Of a DNA stretch of 17,000 nucleotides, positions 7,786 to 16,057 are shown piece after piece. Origin of the DNA: Gammaproteobacteria bacterium (GTDB taxonomy: Bacteria > Pseudomonadota > Gammaproteobacteria > GCA-001735895); contig JBNKUM010000104.1 in the NCBI GenBank assembly GCA_050298595.1, positions 1 to 17,000 of the forward strand, written 5' to 3'. The position numbers were made by a program, and so were the translations under genes. Each line of letters begins with the position of its first letter. Positions within the stretch are counted from its first letter, which is position 1. The notes under the pieces are model-generated. The model had not been told where the DNA came from and made no database searches. It worked only from the letters and a program-made list of their open reading frames with translations.

Positions 7786-10116
7786 CTAGCCCCTCTTCAA
7801 CCTCGCAAATGCTTCCGCCATCGCGCCTTGAGGCTCCTGCTGTAGCTGCGGTTTTTCGCGGCGTTTAGCCTGTCCTGAATTTTTTGCCTGGGGCCTCCCC
7901 TGCCCTGTTGGCTTACCCTGCACAGGTTTTGCAGGTCTTTCAGACTCATCGCCTAAACGCATGCTCAGTGCAATACGTTTGCGCGCGATATCAACTTCCA
8001 TCACTTTGACCTTGACCACTTTACCGGCCTTAACCACTTTATGAGGGTCTTTAACAAAGGTATCGGCTAGCGCAGAGATATGCACCAGTCCATCCTGATG
8101 CACACCGATATCGACAAATGCACCAAAGTTGGTGACGTTGGTGACCACACCTTCCAGAACCATCCCAGGTTTCAGATCTTTCAGATCTTCTACGCCTTCC
8201 TTGAAAGTAGCTGTCTTAAATTCTGGACGTGGGTCGCGCCCCGGCTTCTCCAGTTCGCTGATGATGTCTTTTACCGTCGGCTCACCGAACTTGTCATCAG
8301 TGAAGTCATTGGCTGCAAGTGTTTTCAGAAAGGAAGCATCACCAATCAGGGTACTCATCTGGCGTCCGCTTTTATCGATGATACGTTGTACAACCGGGTA
8401 GGCTTCAGGATGTACAGCCGACGCATCCAGCGGATTATCACCATTCATCACACGTAAAAAACCTGCGCATTGTTCGAAGGCTTTCTCACCCAGACGAGGC
8501 ACCTTGAGAATTTCTTTTCGGTTGTTGAATCGACCATTCTGATCACGATATGCCACCACATTCGATGCCATGGTCAAAGATAAACCGGCTACCTGCGCCA
8601 GCAATGGGGCCGAAGCCATATTCACATCCACACCAACCGCGTTAACACAGTCTTCGACCACTGCTTCCAGCTGACGCGCCAGACGCACCTGCGACACATC
8701 GTGCTGGTACTGACCCACACCAATCGATTTAGGATCGATCTTCACCAGTTCCGCCAATGGATCCTGCAGGCGCCGAGCGATAGAAACTGCACCGCGAATC
8801 GAAACATCCAGGTCCGGAAATTCATTGGCCGCAAATTCGGAGGCAGAGTAAACCGATGCGCCCGCTTCGCTGACCATGATCTTACTCAATCGTAAATCGG
8901 GATGCTGCTTGATCAAATCAGCCGCCAGCTTATCGGTTTCGCGCGAAGCGGTGCCATTACCGATACTGATCAGATCGACCTGATGCTTCTTAGCCAGTTG
9001 CGCCAGAACATGAATCGATTGATCCCACTGGTTTTTCGGCGCATGCGGATAGATAGTCGCATAATCCACCAGTTTACCAGTGGCATCAACCACCGCCACC
9101 TTTACTCCGGTACGAATACCAGGATCGAGACCAATGGTCGCTCGTGCTCCGGCAGGCGCTGCCAGTAACAAATCATGAAGGTTACGCGCAAAAACATTGA
9201 TCGCCTCTTCTTCCGCCGCTTCGCGCAGACGCAATTTCAGATCGGTATCGAGATGAGTAAAAATCTTCACCTTCCAGGCCCAACGCACGACCTCTTTCAA
9301 CCAGCGATCAGCGGGACGCCCTTCGTCATGAATCGACAGATGTTGGGCGATAATACGCTCAGCCACGCCCGCCTCAGTGGCCTTCAGCTCGGCATCCTGC
9401 GGCAGAGAAAGCTCAATATTAAGCACCGCTTCCTTACGCCCCCGGAATAGCGCCAGAGCGCGGTGTGAAGGAATGGTTTTAATACTTTCTGAGAATTCAA
9501 AGTAATCGGTGAACTTGGCTCCTTCCTGTTCCTTGCCTGCAATAACCGTTGAACTGAGTACGCCATGCTCCCACAGGAAATCGCGTAACTTACCCACCAG
9601 CTCGGCATCTTCGGAAAACTCTTCCATTAATATCTGTTTAGCACCGTCCAGCGCAGCGCTAGCATCCTCGATACCTTTATCCTTGTCGATATAGGATTGT
9701 GCCAGCGCATTCGGGTCCTGAGAGGGATCTTCATACAGGGCATGTGCCAATGGCTCCAGCCCCGCCTCACGCGCGATCTGTGCCTTGGTGCGACGCTTCG
9801 GCTTGTATGGCAGGTAGAGATCCTCCAGCCGGGTCTTGGTATCGGCTGCGGTAATCTCGGCTTTCAGCTCAGGAGTCAGCTTACCCTGCTCATCGATTGA
9901 TTTCAGCACCGCCACGCGCCGGTCTTCAAGCTCGCGCAGATAGCCTAGGCGGTCTTCCAGATTACGTAACTGGGTATCATCCAGACCATCGGTCGCTTCC
10001 TTACGGTAGCGAGCAATAAAGGGCACAGTCGAACCCTCATCCAGCAACTGGATGGCAGCTTCTACCTGATTAATACGAGCGTTAAGTTCTTCAGCGATAC
10101 GTTGGGTAATATTCAT
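7786..10116 (-). CDS. tex: Tex/YhgF transcription accessory protein (776 aa)
   Basis: [17 protein letters not shown], YqgF-like [50 protein letters not shown], an HhH region, and an S1 domain ([26 protein letters not shown]). Confidence 0.97.
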   Translation of the reverse strand: MNITQRIAEELNARINQVEAAIQLLDEGSTVPFIARYRKEATDGLDDTQLRNLEDRLGYLRELEDRRVAVLKSIDEQGKLTPELKAEITAADTKTRLEDLYLPYKPKRRTKAQIAREAGLEPLAHALYEDPSQDPNALAQSYIDKDKGIEDASAALDGAKQILMEEFSEDAELVGKLRDFLWEHGVLSSTVIAGKEQEGAKFTDYFEFSESIKTIPSHRALALFRGRKEAVLNIELSLPQDAELKATEAGVAERIIAQHLSIHDEGRPADRWLKEVVRWAWKVKIFTHLDTDLKLRLREAAEEEAINVFARNLHDLLLAAPAGARATIGLDPGIRTGVKVAVVDATGKLVDYATIYPHAPKNQWDQSIHVLAQLAKKHQVDLISIGNGTASRETDKLAADLIKQHPDLRLSKIMVSEAGASVYSASEFAANEFPDLDVSIRGAVSIARRLQDPLAELVKIDPKSIGVGQYQHDVSQVRLARQLEAVVEDCVNAVGVDVNMASAPLLAQVAGLSLTMASNVVAYRDQNGRFNNRKEILKVPRLGEKAFEQCAGFLRVMNGDNPLDASAVHPEAYPVVQRIIDKSGRQMSTLIGDASFLKTLAANDFTDDKFGEPTVKDIISELEKPGRDPRPEFKTATFKEGVEDLKDLKPGMVLEGVVTNVTNFGAFVDIGVHQDGLVHISALADTFVKDPHKVVKAGKVVKVKVMEVDIARKRIALSMRLGDESERPAKPVQGKPTGQGRPQAKNSGQAKRREKPQLQQEPQGAMAEAFARLKRG

Positions 10117-10768
10117 AATTTCTGATAACAGATGAGGATTAATATAAAGATGGGAGTTTAAACCTGTAACAAACTTTGAGTGGAGCTATCTTGTCTCCAT
10201 TATGGGCCGGCAAGTATAGTGCGATTCTGTCAATTATGCGAGGATCATGACCCTATGATCCTGTTTTATACGTAGATTGAAAGTTATTCGCAAAAGTCCT
10301 AAAGATAGTAAGCCCATTTGAATTAAAAAATGGGCTCAAACCAGTAAAATAAAAGGGCATTTAAGGTTGAAATACTTCCTGGTATAGGCGTGAACACTCT
10401 ATATTCCATAAGCTCGATTGACATTTGACAGTTTCAGAAAGAAGTTATGATTTGGTCTGAAGCTAACATTCGTATCGTGCATAGCAAAAGACAGCTATGT
10501 GCACAGGCAGTGTGAAAACTCGATACAAACTGTATGAAAACAAAAATATTTCCCACTACGGGTTAATTTATCTGCATTATCCGAAACTTAAATTACCACC
10601 CATCACAGGAAATTGAGTGAATAAAAACTCACATTTTCCTGTTGAAAAACTGAGAAACAGTTTTCACTCAGCCTGTACGATGAAAATATCGTGGAAAATT
10701 GCTGGCGTTACTGGAAATCACAACTGATAAAAAAAAGTAATTATGGAATGTTGATAAGATTTTTTATT

Positions 10769-10797
10769 TTGACCTCTGTAAGTAGGGTTTTTATATT
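10769..10797 (+). promoter_or_regulatory. Sigma-70 promoter
   Basis: TTGACC (10769-10774), a 17-nt spacer and TATATT (10792-10797), with AT-rich sequence upstream. It is followed by TAAGGAGG at 10817-10824. Confidence 0.55.
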
Positions 10798-10829
10798 CCC
10801 TGTACTTTAACATTTCTAAGGAGGGAAAA

Positions 10830-11342
10830 ATTAATAGCGCTAATCATCGTACTTCAATATTGTGGGTGACTGGTTTTTGCCTTGCAATTCCCAGTCTGAC
10901 CATATACTCAGATGCGGATGCGTTAGCTATCTCTACTACCTTTGGACTTTTAGCCTTTGAGCTTGCGAAGACAGGGTACACCACAACAGGATCCACATTG
11001 ATCTCGAAGGACGCGGATACTGATACTGCTGTCGCAACTTCAATAGGTTCTACGCTGTAAGGCTTAGACTTCAATTGATAAAAGTGCTGATCAGTCAGTG
11101 TGCTTTTCTATTTTTCTGGATCCGACCAGTCACTAGTAAATACCATAAAGCTTAAGTGGGAGGGCAGCACTCAGTATCAAGCAGGCACTTAGACAGGATT
11201 TGTCATTCGTGCCGTGTTTGACATCTTTCTGGAATCAATTTTGGTCGGCATCAAACAATATAACTGGACGAAGCGCGAGCAAAGTAACAGCACGAAACCC
11301 AAACTGGCAATGGGCGAATCCAACGCCAGTGTATCGATATAA
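10830..11342 (+). pseudogene. Probable degraded gene for a secreted protein (ATT at the start position; internal stops and frameshift)
   Basis: A perfect SD, then ATT 10830 in frame with a signal-peptide-like segment (ILWVTGFCLAIPSLTIYSDADA|LAIS), and a stop at 11060. Protein-like reading resumes in another frame (IDKSADQSV...LKWEGSTQYQAGT*TGFVIRAVFD...) to 11342. The 3' end is uncertain. Confidence 0.4.
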
Positions 11343-11713
11343 TGAACTATGTAAGCTGCATAGCAAAACCTTACTTATTGATGCAAGCACGAATAGTAAT
11401 CCTGCTGTAGTTATAGGTCCGACCAATTGGTAGCAATATTGGTAACAATGTAAACGATGTAAATTTATTAGTGATTCATGATGAACTGATAGCATGTTTT
11501 CATTAAACATGTACTTTATACCCGAAGAAGTATTGGAGGTAACTGTTGATGCTTTTGAGTAAATTAAAGTCACTTAACAAGATGCTCAAACATTGTTCTG
11601 ACCCCAAAAGATGGGCCTCCACTGGTCATGCTAACGTTCATCGCTTAGCTAAACGAAAGGCGAACAAAAAAAGAAGGAGGTAATAAATAGAACTGAACTA
11701 CTGTTTTAAATCA

Positions 11714-11779
11714 GCCTGCCATTTGCAAAAGTCGCAGTAAGTGACAGGCCAATAAATGATGCGACTGCTAAATAAGGAG
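11714..11779 (+). promoter_or_regulatory. Candidate cis-regulatory RNA (H-type pseudoknot / alternative stems) abutting a Shine-Dalgarno
   Basis: Stem 11714-11726/11737-11749. The loop segment AGTCGCA (11730-11736) is complementary to TGCGACT (11760-11766). AAGGAG follows at 11774-11779. Confidence 0.4.
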
Positions 11780-11786
11780 ATTCAAG

Positions 11787-11846
11787 ATGACAATAAAATT
11801 GATTATCAAAGAAAATATAAGGAGGGAAAGTCATGAAACAGAATGA
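11787..11846 (+). CDS. Putative 19-aa upstream ORF overlapping the start of the 683-aa gene
   Basis: AAGGAG-7 nt-ATG; MTIKLIIKENIRRESHETE*. It covers the SD and ATG of the next gene and stops 14 nt inside it. Confidence 0.3.
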   Translation: MTIKLIIKENIRRESHETE

Positions 11847-13884
11847 AAAAATTCAGATCGAGCTCGATATTATCGGAACTACAGAGGAACGACCTACTCT
11901 TGCTGCCTATGCTTACGACATGCAGGGTAAATTATTGGGTCAAAGTATTATAAAGAAAGATGTTGGTAAACTGGATCTAGGGAAGTCGGCACAAGGTCAG
12001 GCTCGCATCTTCATAGGCCCTGTTATTGAAGATGGTCGCGCGCTGAGTTTGGCTGAATTGAAACGTGTAAAGGCAATTGAACGAAGGGTAATGCTGGGTA
12101 CCAAAGAGCCACTCAGGTTTAAAATACCGGAGTCAATCTTTCCATATTGGATATGGTGTTTTTGCATCATCAAAGGTCGAGTGGTAGTGCGGGAGGATCA
12201 GCCGGATGGAACGGTAAAAGAACTGCCTATCTGTAATTCGAGGGTTACAATTTGCGAGGTCGACCCCTGGCCGCTCATCATCCGCAAGTTGCCAGATAGT
12301 GAACTATTGAAGATAAGAGCAGAATTGTTGCAAAAACCGCAGCTTTTACCGCAAGAGTCGATATCTAAGTTAAAAGTAGCCACTGATGCCAGAATTTTGC
12401 GAAGTGTACTTGCCAGCTCCTTGTTATCTGAGTGGCCAAGGTTTTTAAGGTGGCCATGGATCTATTCCAGGGACTGTTTCACCACGGTCAACACCGATGA
12501 AAACGGTTATTTTATCTCCTACTATATTTATCCCTGCAAGGGGGATAAACCAGATTTATGTTTCACGGTTGAACAGCAAATTGATGGCGTCTGGAAGACT
12601 GTCTATAAGCCCAGTCTGCCAGCAGACGTGCACTGGAATTATGTTTGTGGTTCCGAGATTGTAGTTGAGGTCAGTGATCCAGCGGCCAGGCCATGCTATC
12701 CGGAAGATACAGTTGATACAGCTGAGACCACCTGGATTCATCCTCTTGCAGTGGGGGGGATGTATATCGCAGGCACTGCAGGTGTTGTACCTGGTGGAGT
12801 GACAGGATGGGTGCGGCCAAATGGTCGTGGTAGCTATGTCAGTTCCTGGATCAACAACATAGGTGGCAATGTGACAGATGCCCCCTTCGGCAGTACTCTG
12901 GGATTGCGCATGAACTGGTCTAACAACCTCCCCAAACCGGCAGTCAATTTTTACCGTTTCAGTTACAGGAAGAAGGGCTCAGGAGATGATTGGGCGCACA
13001 TGACGACTCCTGTCTCCAGGCATTATGTACGAACTGAGCCGCAGGCTGGTGGAAATCCGCCAATCGTATCTTATCCTGGTATAAGTCTGGGTCCGGTGTC
13101 TAAAGGAGGGCAACAAAATCTGTATGAGTTTCGACCACACAACCCGCCTGTAGTAGAAGCGGGAGCTCCAACCGGCACAACCCATACATGGCCGATTAAC
13201 CTCGTAACATCGGGTGATCTATACGCAGCCTTTTTGCCAACAGCCGGACTCGATGATGGGAACACCTATGAGATCAGAATAGAGGCCTTCTCTGATACAG
13301 GAGCAAAAGTTTCGCCCGGTGGCGCATTCACATTTATTGTAACCACAGATGTAGTCGATACTACGATACACACACGCAGTGCAGATCCATCTGAGAAACC
13401 GGATGATGATTTCGTTTTCGAACTCTATATAGATGACCGTGACTGTTCGGCTGAGATCGCTTCACCAAGTACCTCACAGGGAAGCGCAAACGATTGTGGC
13501 TTTTTAACATATATTGCCAACGAAAGGGTTCATTATGGATGGCTAGCCGATCATCCAGGTGATGAGGCACGCTGGCGTTTCAGGATCGTCAAGGGGAGTA
13601 CGGGGACTGTCGTAGAGATTCATGGTGAAGCAGGAGGTTCTGCAACCCTGCATACATTCCCAGTTACACCAACAGCGCTTGATGATATTTCACTTTCTGG
13701 TGGCAACTACAGTGGTTCTATCGATGTTGGAGCCTTGCTTGGCACATGCCCTGACTCTGCTGCCTTCGGTGAAAGCCTTTATGTATGGAATAAAGCCACA
13801 AATGGTTGGCAGCGGCTTGGCGGTAGCGCACATGACCAAAGCGATCTAGAAGCATTTGCGCTGACACTCGCCGAGACGCCGTAG
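11833..13884 (+). CDS. Uncharacterised 683-aa Cys-rich multidomain protein (transthyretin/carboxypeptidase-regulatory-like and FN3-like beta-sandwich segments)
   Basis: Long uninterrupted ORF with a strong SD (TAAGGAGG). Motifs IKGRVV...LPICNSRVTICEVD and TVNTDENGYF...KPDLCFTVEQ; FN3-like YRFSYRKKGSGDDW and GLDDGNTYEIRIEAF. 12 Cys; no N-terminal signal peptide. Confidence 0.8.
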   Translation: MKQNEKIQIELDIIGTTEERPTLAAYAYDMQGKLLGQSIIKKDVGKLDLGKSAQGQARIFIGPVIEDGRALSLAELKRVKAIERRVMLGTKEPLRFKIPESIFPYWIWCFCIIKGRVVVREDQPDGTVKELPICNSRVTICEVDPWPLIIRKLPDSELLKIRAELLQKPQLLPQESISKLKVATDARILRSVLASSLLSEWPRFLRWPWIYSRDCFTTVNTDENGYFISYYIYPCKGDKPDLCFTVEQQIDGVWKTVYKPSLPADVHWNYVCGSEIVVEVSDPAARPCYPEDTVDTAETTWIHPLAVGGMYIAGTAGVVPGGVTGWVRPNGRGSYVSSWINNIGGNVTDAPFGSTLGLRMNWSNNLPKPAVNFYRFSYRKKGSGDDWAHMTTPVSRHYVRTEPQAGGNPPIVSYPGISLGPVSKGGQQNLYEFRPHNPPVVEAGAPTGTTHTWPINLVTSGDLYAAFLPTAGLDDGNTYEIRIEAFSDTGAKVSPGGAFTFIVTTDVVDTTIHTRSADPSEKPDDDFVFELYIDDRDCSAEIASPSTSQGSANDCGFLTYIANERVHYGWLADHPGDEARWRFRIVKGSTGTVVEIHGEAGGSATLHTFPVTPTALDDISLSGGNYSGSIDVGALLGTCPDSAAFGESLYVWNKATNGWQRLGGSAHDQSDLEAFALTLAETP

Positions 13885-13940
13885 GCATTAATTTAATACC
13901 TGTTCATGGTAAATATTATATAGACAGAGATAAAACCTAA

Positions 13941-14023
13941 CTTTTGGTTTCCTGCGAGACACAGCTGGCAGAGCTTACATCATTATTATGTAATCAATGC
14001 GGTTCCTTGCAGGAAGCCAAAAG
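13941..14023 (+). repeat. 83-nt structured hairpin downstream of the 683-aa gene
   Basis: CTTTTGGTTTCCTGCGAG (13941-13958) pairs over 18/18 nt with CTTGCAGGAAGCCAAAAG (14006-14023), using two G-U/G-T pairs on the + strand. Inner hairpin TTACAT-N7-ATGTAA. Confidence 0.55.
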
Positions 14024-14101
14024 AGCAAGCAAGCACGATAGTTTCAATAAATCTAGAATCCGCAGTTCGACGAGTTGAATTGCACGTTTGGGTCTGGTAT
14101 T

Positions 14102-14226
14102 TGTGCGTTGTTTTACGGAGGTTTAATCCTGTGTCTCAGGTGGCTGAGCCATAAGAAAGCGAATGGGATTGAGATCGACATAGGCCATGCAGGCGGCCAA
14201 TGCTTTTTCATCTACAGGGCCTGACA
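14102..14226 (-). mobile_element. Remnant of a Y1 (IS200-like / REP-associated tyrosine, RAYT-type) transposase
   Basis: Manual translation gives CQAL[frameshift]DEKALAACMAYVDLNPIRFLMAQPPETQD*TSVKQRT. This matches the QALLDE.AL..CMAYVDLNP.RA catalytic-Tyr motif of this family. It is not in the ORF track. Confidence 0.8.
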
Positions 14227-14432
14227 ATTCGATAAAAGGAGGTGTCGGCGACAAACACTTATGCAGCAATTCAAATGTATTTGAATCATGTAAAAAAGAT
14301 TTTTCAATTTATTAATTTAATTGAAGAGTCTTATTGGTATACCCAGGCTAATGCTTTTTGTTGTACCGTATAGATGTACAAACCAGTCAAGATTGGAACT
14401 CAGCAGCCACCTGAAAACATGGTAATCGAAAA

Positions 14433-15311
14433 ATGGATACAATTTTTAAACATACTCAGAAAAATGTACTAGTGATCCCACAGGCGCTATTTGTGATGAG
14501 AGATGTAACAGTTCTGAAGAGCCATCGAAACTCGGTGATTTTTTACAAATGCCTTGAGCAGGACCTGGTAGATATTGAGTTCTACACTAACATCCCCTGT
14601 TTTATATATATTGAAAGCGGTTATGAGGTAATCACTAACAGCAATAACGATACGATTGAGCTGCACCCAGGGTCAGGAATATTTCTCCCTCAAGGATTAA
14701 ATCTTCATTCTGATTTCGTTAAAAAAACTGAGGCCCTTAAAGCCTATCTGGTATTTTTTGGCGAAGAGGTGATCACTGACTATTTAAGTAAAGTTAAAAA
14801 ATATGATGGAAACAAGAGCGAGAATAACTTTTTCCTCCTGAATAAGGATTGTGAGTTTTTAAAATTTATTAATTCAGTGCGGCTCGACATAAATGTACCC
14901 GGCTATCTAAATATAAAACTACAGGAGTTATTGCACCTTATAGCCTCGCAAGACAGCCAGAATCTCTTTCACCGATTACTTTTAACAATGAATAGCGTAT
15001 CTCCAAAACGCAATCTCGTTCGTCTGCTAGAAAAGCAAGATCTACTGCATCTAAGCGTAAGTGATTTAGCCCATATCTCTGGAAGAAGCGTTTCAAGCTT
15101 TAATCGTGATTTCAAACAGATCTACAAAATACCTCCTAAAAAATGGTTACAGGATAAAAAGCTGTCACGTGCTAAAGAGTTACTTGATAACCAGGGGCTT
15201 TCAGTGACAGAAGTCGCTTTGGAAGTGGGTTATGAAAACATATCAAATTTTATTAAGGCGTTTAAACTTAAGTATGGAATAACACCAAAAAAGATAAAGT
15301 TTGCTAACTGA
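14433..15311 (+). CDS. AraC-family transcriptional regulator
   Basis: C-terminal double HTH (LSVSDLAHISGRSVSSFNRDFKQIY...LSVTEVALEVGYENISNFIKAFKLKYGITP); N-terminal cupin-like sensing domain. Confidence 0.92.
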   Translation: MDTIFKHTQKNVLVIPQALFVMRDVTVLKSHRNSVIFYKCLEQDLVDIEFYTNIPCFIYIESGYEVITNSNNDTIELHPGSGIFLPQGLNLHSDFVKKTEALKAYLVFFGEEVITDYLSKVKKYDGNKSENNFFLLNKDCEFLKFINSVRLDINVPGYLNIKLQELLHLIASQDSQNLFHRLLLTMNSVSPKRNLVRLLEKQDLLHLSVSDLAHISGRSVSSFNRDFKQIYKIPPKKWLQDKKLSRAKELLDNQGLSVTEVALEVGYENISNFIKAFKLKYGITPKKIKFAN

Positions 15312-15402
15312 CAGAAAAACGTCATTTTTGACAGTCCTTAGGTAGTTTGTAGCTGAGTACCCAGTTAAGGTAGCTTTGATTTTCAACCAAAAGGAGAACA
15401 AT

Positions 15403-15693
15403 ATGAGTGTTCGAGTAACGCTTAACTGTCAGGTTAAAGCGGATAAGTTTCAGGATCTGGTCCCGTTTCTTGAGAGCAACCTGCCCAACGTAAGAGGGTT
15501 TAAAGGAAACATGCAGGTTAGTGTGCTATTTGACAAAAACAACAGTGAAATGCTGCTGGATGAGGAGTGGCTCTCTGTAGAAAGCCACCAGGCGTATTTA
15601 AGATTTATTGATGAAAATGGAGTAATGGGTAAGTTAGGCTCTTTACTCAAATCTCCACCACAAATTAAATATTTCAAAAAACTTGAGCTCTAA
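15403..15693 (+). CDS. Antibiotic biosynthesis monooxygenase (ABM) / putative quinol monooxygenase family protein (96 aa)
   Basis: ATG 15403 after AAGGAG. Ferredoxin-like pattern VRGFKGN...MLLDEEWLSVESHQAY (E.W....H motif). Confidence 0.8.
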   Translation: MSVRVTLNCQVKADKFQDLVPFLESNLPNVRGFKGNMQVSVLFDKNNSEMLLDEEWLSVESHQAYLRFIDENGVMGKLGSLLKSPPQIKYFKKLEL

Positions 15694-15946
15694 TCAATTG
15701 TTTTTTATCCAGTCTCCTGCTCATCTTCAATAGCTTTGTGTACGTTAAGCGATGGCGTAGCCGTCGCATCACCACCATTGACAAAGCCTGGCTCTTTGAC
15801 AATGACCCGGTATGTCTTATTAGCCTGGTGATATCATCATGCTGCGCATTGACCCTTTGCTGGTTAAACCTGGATTCCGCAGTTGACCGCTCGTATTAGT
15901 GGATAACCTTCTGTTTCGTAGACGATCTTAGTCAGTTTGTATTTTC

Positions 15947-16042
15947 ACGCTCCTATGCGTCGGCTCAGGAATCCTCGACTCTGGCATCCTGCATTGTCGT
16001 ACCTTCGCTCATCCATAAGCTCGTACCACCTACGTCCATGCA
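15947..16042. repeat. Cluster of four degenerate short hairpins with TCC(A)TG-type loops
   Basis: ACGCTCCTATGCGT (15947-15960), GGCATCCTGC (15983-15992), GCTCATCCATAAGC (16007-16020) and CCTACGTCCATGCA (16029-16042). TCGTACC is repeated at 15997 and 16021. Confidence 0.4.
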
Positions 16043-16057
16043 TTCGCGAAGTAACAG

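Noticed and set aside
8080-9900. Multiple short ORFs within tex
   Set aside because: They are antisense or alternate-frame artefacts of a GC-richer coding sequence.
10418-10451. Tandem TTGACA with TATGAT as a sigma-70 promoter
   Set aside because: The spacers are 22 and 15 nt, neither optimal, and no ORF follows directly.
10844-11573. Minus-strand ORFs of 76 aa and 112 aa
   Set aside because: TTG/GTG starts without an SD and no motifs. The promoter and SD evidence point to the + strand.
11572-11605. ACTTAACAAG (attC R''-like) and TGTTCTGACCCC (REP-like end); also ACCTAAC at 13935
   Set aside because: There is no complementary GTTRRRY partner forming an attC hairpin, no integrase and no second REP copy, so neither an integron nor a REP call is supported.
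11582-11683. 33-aa basic ORF (MLKHCSD...KRKANKKRRR)
   Set aside because: It has no SD, and the basic tail follows from an A/G-rich tract. It cannot be supported without Ribo-seq or homologues.
11714-11779. Calling the leader a canonical SAM-II riboswitch
   Set aside because: It lacks the UUGC immediately 5' of the P1 3' strand, and the downstream gene is not recognisably Met/SAM related. It is kept only as a candidate novel element.
12198-13849. Short overlapping ORFs within the 683-aa gene
   Set aside because: They are shadow ORFs with no independent evidence.
14136-14414. 11-bp inverted repeat TCAGGTGGCTG / CAGCCACCTGA as IS ends
   Set aside because: One arm lies inside the transposase coding remnant, Y1 elements lack terminal inverted repeats, and no target duplication is seen.
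15673-15945. Semi-open minus-strand frames downstream of the ABM gene
   Set aside because: They may be gene debris, but I recognise no family and there is no consistent start or frame.
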